DNA of 18,822 nucleotides from Ignavibacteriota bacterium (GTDB taxonomy: Bacteria > Bacteroidota > Ignavibacteria > UBA10030 > UBA6906), in the NCBI GenBank assembly GCA_963801355.1, contig CAWDEM010000002.1, forward strand, positions 1-18,822, given 5' to 3'. This document shows, one piece after another, positions 7,713 to 14,202 of this stretch (positions are counted from its first letter, which is position 1; every line of letters starts with the position of its first letter). A program made the position numbers and the translations under genes. The notes under the pieces were generated by a model. The model had not been told where the DNA came from, ran no database searches, and worked only from the letters and a program-made list of their open reading frames with translations.

Positions 7713-8387
7713 TCAGGTGTTCCCCACAAGTCCAAGTCTTATGGCGTGCCTCACCAGTCCAGCTGTCTCGTGAATGTCCAATTTTTGCATGATATTTGCC
7801 CGGTGTGTATTGACGGTGCGGAAGCTCAGGAAGAGCTGGTCGGCGATCTGCCGGTTTGTGTACCCGAGTGCAATCAGCTTCAGTACCTCTGTCTCGCGTT
7901 TTGTCAACTGTTGGCCCGGTGCCGACGCGGCTGGTTGTTCAGCCGGCGGTTGTTCCATTGCACGCTTAATGAAGCTCTCCACGATGATATTCGAGATTCC
8001 CGGACTGAAGAACCGCTCACCCGATACTGCTGAATCAATGGCCTTGAAAATATCCCTTTTGCCGGCATTCTTCAGCACATATCCGCTTGCTCCAGCACGA
8101 AGAATCTGATAGGCGTATTCCTCATCTTCATGCACCGTCAGAATCACCACTTTCACGTCTGGGAGACGTTCTTTGATAATCTTCGTGGCCGCAATACCGT
8201 CGAGGTTCGGCATGGAGATATCCATGATCACCACATCCGGCTTTGTCTTCTCGGTCATACGCACGGCTTCTTCACCATCCACTGCCTCCCCCACGATTGA
8301 ATAGTCCGGCGACGTACGCAACAGCGCCCGGAGCCCGCTCCTCACAACATCATGATCATCAGCAATGAGAATCCTGGTTTTGGACAT
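7713..8387 (-). CDS. NarL/FixJ family response regulator (REC + LuxR HTH)
   Basis: Motifs IADDH, DVVIMDISMP (phospho-Asp), VILT, GYVLK; HTH region LTKRETEVLKLIALGYTNRQIADQLFLSFRTVNTHRANIMQKL. Confidence 0.96.
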   Translation of the reverse strand: MSKTRILIADDHDVVRSGLRALLRTSPDYSIVGEAVDGEEAVRMTEKTKPDVVIMDISMPNLDGIAATKIIKERLPDVKVVILTVHEDEEYAYQILRAGASGYVLKNAGKRDIFKAIDSAVSGERFFSPGISNIIVESFIKRAMEQPPAEQPAASAPGQQLTKRETEVLKLIALGYTNRQIADQLFLSFRTVNTHRANIMQKLDIHETAGLVRHAIRLGLVGNT

Positions 8388-8427
8388 TCTGCTCCTCGGT
8401 CAATATTCACATTCTGTACACGTTACC

Positions 8428-8462
8428 GTCCTTGCGAGGCCTGAAGGGCCGAAGCAACCTCA
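8428..8462 (+). repeat. REP-like palindromic repeat, single unit
   Basis: GTCCTTGCGAGGCCTGAAGGGCCGAAGCAACCTCA. Same family as 1216-1375; lies between the kinase and its response regulator. Confidence 0.88.
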
Positions 8463-8494
8463 CACTCGATCTCTTACCACAGCACCCAACACTC

Positions 8495-10288
8495 TCATTC
8501 TTCACTCGCCACGGGAAGCGTCACGGTGATCGTCGTGCCCCGATCAGGCCCGCTGTCGACGGCGAACGATCCGCCCAGCAACTCCGCACGTTCCCGCATG
8601 CCAAGCAATCCAAAGCCATGTCCTTCAGCATGCATGCCGGCCATGTCATTGCGTACAATCCCCTGTCCGTTGTCGTGGATGCACAATTCCAGCGATGCGT
8701 TTTGCCGTGAAAGATGGATTTCCGCCGCTGTGGCATGCGCATGCTTGGCGATATTCGCTAATGCTTCCTGGGAAATGCGGTAGAGGGCAATCTCTGAGTC
8801 ACCAGGGAGATCCGTGGGAATACCCTCGGTACAATGAATACTGGTGGCAATGCCCTGGCGCTTTTCGAAATCTTTCGCCAGGAGCCGGAGTGCCGTCACA
8901 AGGCCGAAGTCATCAAGCACGCTCGGACGGAGGTTCGAAGAGATCCTCCGCACCTCCGCGATTGACCGGTCCAGTTCCTCCCGCACATCCCGCAGCTGCT
9001 TCGCCATCTTGCGGTCACCCGGTGCACCTTCTTCTTCCAATACTTCCACGCGGAACTTCATTCCGCTAAGTCGCTGGCAGAGGTCATCGTGAAGCTCCCG
9101 TGATATGCGGGCCCGCTCTTCTTCCTGTGCCCGCTGCATGGATGACGCAAAACGCCTGAGTCCTGCAATTCGCTCCTGTTCAGCCTTCTCGACCTGCTCG
9201 ACCATCGCGTTGAACCTGTCACCCACAAGCCGCAGTTCGTCCCTTCCGGTCAAATGCACTTTCTGCGACAGGTCTCCTTTTCCAACCTTCTCCATCACCG
9301 ACATCAGGTGTGCCAACGGCTTCGTGATGCTGCGCGTCATCCAGATCCCGGCGAGTGTGCCGAAAATCAGACTGATACCAAGCACTCCAAGAATTGTGTT
9401 GTTCGTGGTACGTCCTGCGACAAGAAGTTCGTCTTTTGTACGAGTCAGGTTGAGCTCCGTCCGCGTCTGTACCCGTTCGTTGAGCGTCGAAGCCAGACCT
9501 CGATACGAATCCATAAACGCATCCAGCTGCGACCGCCGGGCTTTCTCCGAATCAATGAGGGTGCGGGCAAGGCGCAGGCCGTCAGCGGACCGCTGCTGCA
9601 GTTCTGTGGCCGAGCGTTTCTCCTCGGCGGAGAGCAGAACGACCCGGTGGACGCGCAGGAACTCCGAGAACTGCTTCTCGGCGATGCTCAGCTGGTCTGT
9701 GAATTTGCCTTCCCCCGTCAACATATAATCACCCAGACTTTTGGCCAGCGCATTCATCTGCACCTGCATTCCGAGTGCAACCTGGAGCCGGCGGTAGGCG
9801 ATGGGGTCGGTTACACTAATGGAACCGAGAATGCGGTCCGATAGCAGCGCGTCGATAGCCTGGAGCTCATCACGCAGTGCATTCAGATCTCTCACTTGCA
9901 CGTCACGCAGGCGTACCTGCTCAAGCGCCGCATCGTGAAATCTGACAATAGAGTCCTGCAGGTCTGACCTTAGACCAGCGAAACGCGCAAGTGCCGCGAC
10001 GCCCGCTGCATCCTTCCGGCTGCTGTCAAGCCCCTTCGGATCTCGTTCTGGTGCACCGAGCAACCGGTGGTCTCCCGTGGCAGAGTAGGCAAGTGTGGCG
10101 AAGGCCGTTTCGGCGAGGTAGTTTTCGATGGCATAGACTGCAGAGTTGACGGGCTCCCGCACCTGTGTCAACTCTTCAAGTTTGTCGTTTACTGCGCTCG
10201 TTTGGGTAAACGACACCAGGCCGATCAACACACACAGCACAAGGAGCACACCGATGCCCAGCCCGAGTTTCGCTCCGATGTTCAGCAT
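8495..10288 (-). CDS. Sensor histidine kinase, HisKA_3 (NarX/UhpB type) with helical periplasmic sensor and HAMP
   Basis: TM1 LGLGIGVLLVLCVLIGLVSF, TM2 ILGVLGISLIFGTLAGIW, HAMP ITKPL..DELRLVGDRFN, H-box EERARISRELHD, QEALANIAKHA, DNGQG, GFGLLGMRERA. GGAGG lies 9 nt upstream of the ATG. Confidence 0.95.
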   Translation of the reverse strand: MLNIGAKLGLGIGVLLVLCVLIGLVSFTQTSAVNDKLEELTQVREPVNSAVYAIENYLAETAFATLAYSATGDHRLLGAPERDPKGLDSSRKDAAGVAALARFAGLRSDLQDSIVRFHDAALEQVRLRDVQVRDLNALRDELQAIDALLSDRILGSISVTDPIAYRRLQVALGMQVQMNALAKSLGDYMLTGEGKFTDQLSIAEKQFSEFLRVHRVVLLSAEEKRSATELQQRSADGLRLARTLIDSEKARRSQLDAFMDSYRGLASTLNERVQTRTELNLTRTKDELLVAGRTTNNTILGVLGISLIFGTLAGIWMTRSITKPLAHLMSVMEKVGKGDLSQKVHLTGRDELRLVGDRFNAMVEQVEKAEQERIAGLRRFASSMQRAQEEERARISRELHDDLCQRLSGMKFRVEVLEEEGAPGDRKMAKQLRDVREELDRSIAEVRRISSNLRPSVLDDFGLVTALRLLAKDFEKRQGIATSIHCTEGIPTDLPGDSEIALYRISQEALANIAKHAHATAAEIHLSRQNASLELCIHDNGQGIVRNDMAGMHAEGHGFGLLGMRERAELLGGSFAVDSGPDRGTTITVTLPVASEE

Positions 10289-10427
10289 CTTCTCATGCCT
10301 CCGTTCTCACACAAAGGAACGCAAAGTATGGCAAAAGACCAAACGAATTGAGAGGTACGGCGGATTTGAAGAGCTTGAAAATTCTTCGTACCCTATGCCA
10401 ACTGAATCTCAGACCCGGAGGATACCT

Positions 10428-10703
10428 ATGAACACCGCCACGCACGCTGCAACCGCAGCGGTCGCCCAGGCCATCAAAGCCTCGGGCGCCATCGTGAAGA
10501 TTTCCCCTGAAGGCTTCAAGGCATTGCTCCAGCGGGCGAAAGAACCCCTGGTCATAGTCTCTCAGGGCGGCCTGATTTCGAAGAAGTTTGAGTATCTGAT
10601 GGGGTACAAAGGACTTGTTTTCTTCACGAGCTCGAAGGAACAGTTTGGTTTTACATCAGGAGTGGAGCTCGTCACCGCCGAGAAGATCTGGATACCGGGC
10701 TGA
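10428..10703 (+). CDS. Small hypothetical protein (91 aa)
   Basis: GGAGG at 10417-10421 then ATG 10428. Protein-like sequence AAVAQAIKASGAIV...YLMGYKGLVFFT...KIWIPG. The track start at 10146 overlaps the kinase on the opposite strand. Confidence 0.8.
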   Translation: MNTATHAATAAVAQAIKASGAIVKISPEGFKALLQRAKEPLVIVSQGGLISKKFEYLMGYKGLVFFTSSKEQFGFTSGVELVTAEKIWIPG

Positions 10704-10755
10704 GGACGATTCGTTATTGTGTTATCTGACACCTGAACTCGGGATCTCCCCGGCT

Positions 10756-11406
10756 ATGCAAGAAAATTCATCGTCCGTGAAGCCTATTCCTCTCATCGCT
10801 CCTGAGCCCATCGATCCTGTGGCCCGGTACGTTCCTCTCATCCTGCGCCTGTTGCTCTATGTTTTCCTGACCTGGTTCCTGATCGAGGCCATCCCGATCT
10901 TCTATTCGTATGATCCGAACGAAGCCTGGCCGCGTCTCGTCTGGATATTCCGCACATTTACATTCCTGCCTCTCCATGAGGGAGGGCACGTTCTCTTCAT
11001 GTTCTTCGGCAAGACACTCCATGCGCTGGGTGGATCATTCTGGCAGATCATGTTCCCGCTCCTATGGTTCATCATTGCGTTGAAGCAGCGGTCGCAGGTC
11101 GCCCCCTTCCCTCTTTTCTGGGTGGGAGAAAATATGATGGACGTGAGTCTCTATATCCGTGACTCACAGGACATGATACTGCCGCTGCTCGGCGGGCACA
11201 AATCTGGGCACGACTGGCATTTTCTGTTGACGAGGTGGGACCTCATTGATTCCTGTCAGGAGGTGGCGGATGTCATCTATTTCGCGGGGGTAATTATCTC
11301 TATTGTGGGAATTGTCGGCGGGATTATCTGGGCGTCTGTGGCGTTCTATCGATCAGGAAAACCTGCGGAGCCGGTATCCATACTTCACAAACGGAAGAGC
11401 GATTGA
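10756..11406 (+). CDS. Integral membrane protein with HExxH motif (M50-like Zn metalloprotease fold)
   Basis: 4-5 hydrophobic segments, LHEGGH near a TM, and a downstream GHDW motif. Start ATG 10756 is inferred. Confidence 0.75.
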   Translation: MQENSSSVKPIPLIAPEPIDPVARYVPLILRLLLYVFLTWFLIEAIPIFYSYDPNEAWPRLVWIFRTFTFLPLHEGGHVLFMFFGKTLHALGGSFWQIMFPLLWFIIALKQRSQVAPFPLFWVGENMMDVSLYIRDSQDMILPLLGGHKSGHDWHFLLTRWDLIDSCQEVADVIYFAGVIISIVGIVGGIIWASVAFYRSGKPAEPVSILHKRKSD

Positions 11407-11433
11407 CTTCAGTCAATCAGCTATAGACAAACG

Positions 11434-14202
11434 TCAACCGTTTTCTCCAGCAAGCCTGGCAATCTGCAGCAGATAGAACCGCAACCGGTCCTGTTGCACC
11501 GGATTCAGCGCCTGTTCCTCGATCGATGCGATCCGTTCCACTTCCTTCATTGCCCGTATGATCGTTGCAGGCACCTCCATCTGACCTTCCGCTGCGATGT
11601 TCAGATATTCCACTGCAGCAGCAAGGAACTGCCGCATCTCATCATCGCCACGCGTGACTCGGAAATACGACGTAAGCGCCGAAGGCAAACGCACATCGCG
11701 CGACGCCAACTGGAAATCACGCGGTTGCAGTTTCGACGAAATCGAATAGAGCGCCACGGCCAGCTCAACAAACGATTCAACACGCTGGAAGACCGGATGC
11801 TCAAGCAATGCCCACGCACGCGAACGCCAGAACCGGATCTCCTCCGGAATCCTGAGCAATCCCCCTACATCCTTCAACCAGGCCTGCTCAATCGACCCGT
11901 CAATCATCTCCTGCAATCGCTGCAGGTTCGTGTTGAACAGATCCGGCTGTAGTAACACCGCCAGGTCCGGGCGAAGTGTGGGAAGCAAAGCAGGTTTGAA
12001 GCCGGCCGGTTCGAAAAAGTCACCCACATCGATACCATGTCTGCGCAGCAACTCCTGCTGGAACAGAGGAATGTACTTCGCCATTGCATCCACGTCTTCG
12101 CGCAGCGCAATGAGGGCTGAGTTTCCTGCTGGGAAGGCCCGTTCGAGTGTCTCCAGGTGTTCAACGCCATGATAAAGCCGTAGTGTTTGAAGGATTTCGT
12201 AAACTGGCAGATGCGGAAAAATCCGATCCGCCAAAAACGTCTCCGGATCTCCCTCCACCGATTCCCGGTGTGCAAAGGCATCCAACGCACGGAAGAGTCC
12301 GACAGTCAGTTGGTTGATTCCTAGAACCGCCGTCTGCGCTTGATTGTGTGCGATTGCGCGCAGCAGACTCCCGTACCGCGCGAAGGGAATGGTCTCCGCA
12401 ATCCGCTCGAGTATGCGGTTGCCCTCCTCTTTGACCGAGTGTCCGGGGCGCACTGTTGGCCTGTCACGAAGCGGCGGGGTTGTCCGCGCAATGAAGTACG
12501 AGATAACATGCAGGCCCACCACATCTTCCTCGCGACCGTAGAGAATCTGCCGGAAGTTCTCAGTCAGTACTTCCAGAAATCCATCCAGCGCCTTGCTCTG
12601 TGCGCCAACGGTGAGCCGTTCAAGCGTTTGTTCTCCGCGTCTTGTACTCTTGAAGCGGCTCTGTGCAAACTCCTCGCAGGCCCGGACAAGGTCACCGCGG
12701 TGTTTCTCTTGCTGTTTTGCAATGTGATGCAGCAGTTGAGTTAGATCGTGTACAGGAATGTGCCTGACCCGCTCGGCTATTGCACTCTGGAAGGTTCGCA
12801 GGTCTCCGCCCGAAAAGACACCCTGCATCGGCGTAGTTGCATAAAGCGTGCTCCTTCGCGTCGAAGCCCGCAGTCCCATGGCAAACCGCCGTGACGAGTT
12901 TTCGGATTGTATAAACGCCGGCGTGCCGCTCACCTCACCGTAGTAGCCTCCCTGCCGCTGCATAGGTTCGCCGCTTCCCATCTTCAGCCGCACGTGATCG
13001 GCAAGGCCCCGTTCCCCAAGCCAGTGCATCAGCTCGAACTTTGCCTGCCGGTACATCCGCGCGGCGGGTGTCTGACCCACATTCTGACTCAGATCGGAAC
13101 CTGCAATAAACACCTCGGCAATCATCTCTCCAAAACGGTCACGGGTTTCCTGGTTCAGCCTCCTGCTCTGAAGCGCATGCTCCCACAGTTTATTCAGATA
13201 TCCCGTCAGGCCCCGCACCGCCTCCACGTCTTCAAAAAGCGGGATCAGCCAGACTGAAGGGAGAACGAGATCCGGGTGGTCGCGAAGCGCATGTTCGCGC
13301 CGCGCATGGAACTTCCGATCCAGAGCAATCAGGGCCTCCGGCCGCGACGACATGCTTACCTGGAATCCCAATACGAGTCCCGGATTGCCATATTCTGCTC
13401 CGATCTCGTTGATCTCGGTGATATTGAACACCGTGGTATCAATGGCAAACTGGTCCTGTGCTGTCACCATGTTCTGCTGAATGCGCGGCGTAATCACAAT
13501 GCGTTGGAGAAGATCGCGATAGAGAACCGCCTCACGGAGCAGCGCCGGATCACCGATATTGCGCTGCAGTGCAGGAATCAGTCCGTGCAACTCCTTGCGG
13601 AGCCGTTTGTTGAGACTTCCGTAGGACTCAAGTGCCTCACGCCGTTTCCGGCGCAGCTCCAGCATCCGCCGTTCCAACCTGTCATTGTGATGCCAGAGCG
13701 TGGTAACCGGATCGCTTGCTACGTGAAGCGACATGCCAATGCGCCGCAGGCGTCCCGCTTGAGCATAGAACGGCAGAATTCCGCGGTACCGCCGTTCGAG
13801 CTGGTGCGTCAGCCCGGTGATTTCATTGAGCAGGTGAACAAAATGGCGCGACTTTGCCTGCAGCTGCTCCATCTCGACCTGCAATTCCGGCGAAATCCGC
13901 ACTGTCCCGTCCCGTTCCATAAGCATCCTGAGCAGCCGCGACATCCGCTGGACATTTTGCATCAGCACAGACCCGACAAGGTTGTGCCCCTGTCCGGAGG
14001 GACGGTTGCTCCCGTCCCAGTCTCCCCAGAACGAGAGAAACGTCGGCGGCAATCCCGCACCTTCGATCTCTCCGCAGAGCTCTGCGGCGATGTGAGCGTC
14101 GAGATCAATGATGACCTCCTCGGCTTCTCCGCTTGACGTAATCGCGACATTGAGCCCGAGGAATTCATTTACGAGGTCGCGGGCTACCCTGGAGAGCTGC
14201 AT
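11434..14202 (-). CDS. Divergent phosphoenolpyruvate-carboxylase-like protein, C-terminal part (probably the frameshifted continuation of the upstream ORF)
   Basis: PEPC-like motifs in the canonical order: SFWGDWDGSNRP, WLIPLFED, FIAGSD, GSGEPMQRQGG, TFQSA, SLLRAIA, and C-terminal IARLAGENG. Confidence 0.72.
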   Translation of the reverse strand: MQLSRVARDLVNEFLGLNVAITSSGEAEEVIIDLDAHIAAELCGEIEGAGLPPTFLSFWGDWDGSNRPSGQGHNLVGSVLMQNVQRMSRLLRMLMERDGTVRISPELQVEMEQLQAKSRHFVHLLNEITGLTHQLERRYRGILPFYAQAGRLRRIGMSLHVASDPVTTLWHHNDRLERRMLELRRKRREALESYGSLNKRLRKELHGLIPALQRNIGDPALLREAVLYRDLLQRIVITPRIQQNMVTAQDQFAIDTTVFNITEINEIGAEYGNPGLVLGFQVSMSSRPEALIALDRKFHARREHALRDHPDLVLPSVWLIPLFEDVEAVRGLTGYLNKLWEHALQSRRLNQETRDRFGEMIAEVFIAGSDLSQNVGQTPAARMYRQAKFELMHWLGERGLADHVRLKMGSGEPMQRQGGYYGEVSGTPAFIQSENSSRRFAMGLRASTRRSTLYATTPMQGVFSGGDLRTFQSAIAERVRHIPVHDLTQLLHHIAKQQEKHRGDLVRACEEFAQSRFKSTRRGEQTLERLTVGAQSKALDGFLEVLTENFRQILYGREEDVVGLHVISYFIARTTPPLRDRPTVRPGHSVKEEGNRILERIAETIPFARYGSLLRAIAHNQAQTAVLGINQLTVGLFRALDAFAHRESVEGDPETFLADRIFPHLPVYEILQTLRLYHGVEHLETLERAFPAGNSALIALREDVDAMAKYIPLFQQELLRRHGIDVGDFFEPAGFKPALLPTLRPDLAVLLQPDLFNTNLQRLQEMIDGSIEQAWLKDVGGLLRIPEEIRFWRSRAWALLEHPVFQRVESFVELAVALYSISSKLQPRDFQLASRDVRLPSALTSYFRVTRGDDEMRQFLAAAVEYLNIAAEGQMEVPATIIRAMKEVERIASIEEQALNPVQQDRLRFYLLQIARLAGENG

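Noticed and set aside
11401-11418. Hairpin GATTGAC-TTCA-GTCAATC between convergent genes as a bidirectional terminator
   Set aside because: The 7-bp stem is AT-rich with no U-tract on either side, too weak to call.
13276-14136. 286-aa plus-strand ORF and other long antisense ORFs (9105-9728, 9254-9844, 16347-16892, 16424-17056)
   Set aside because: These are shadow ORFs opposite well-supported genes in GC-rich DNA, with no motifs or RBS.
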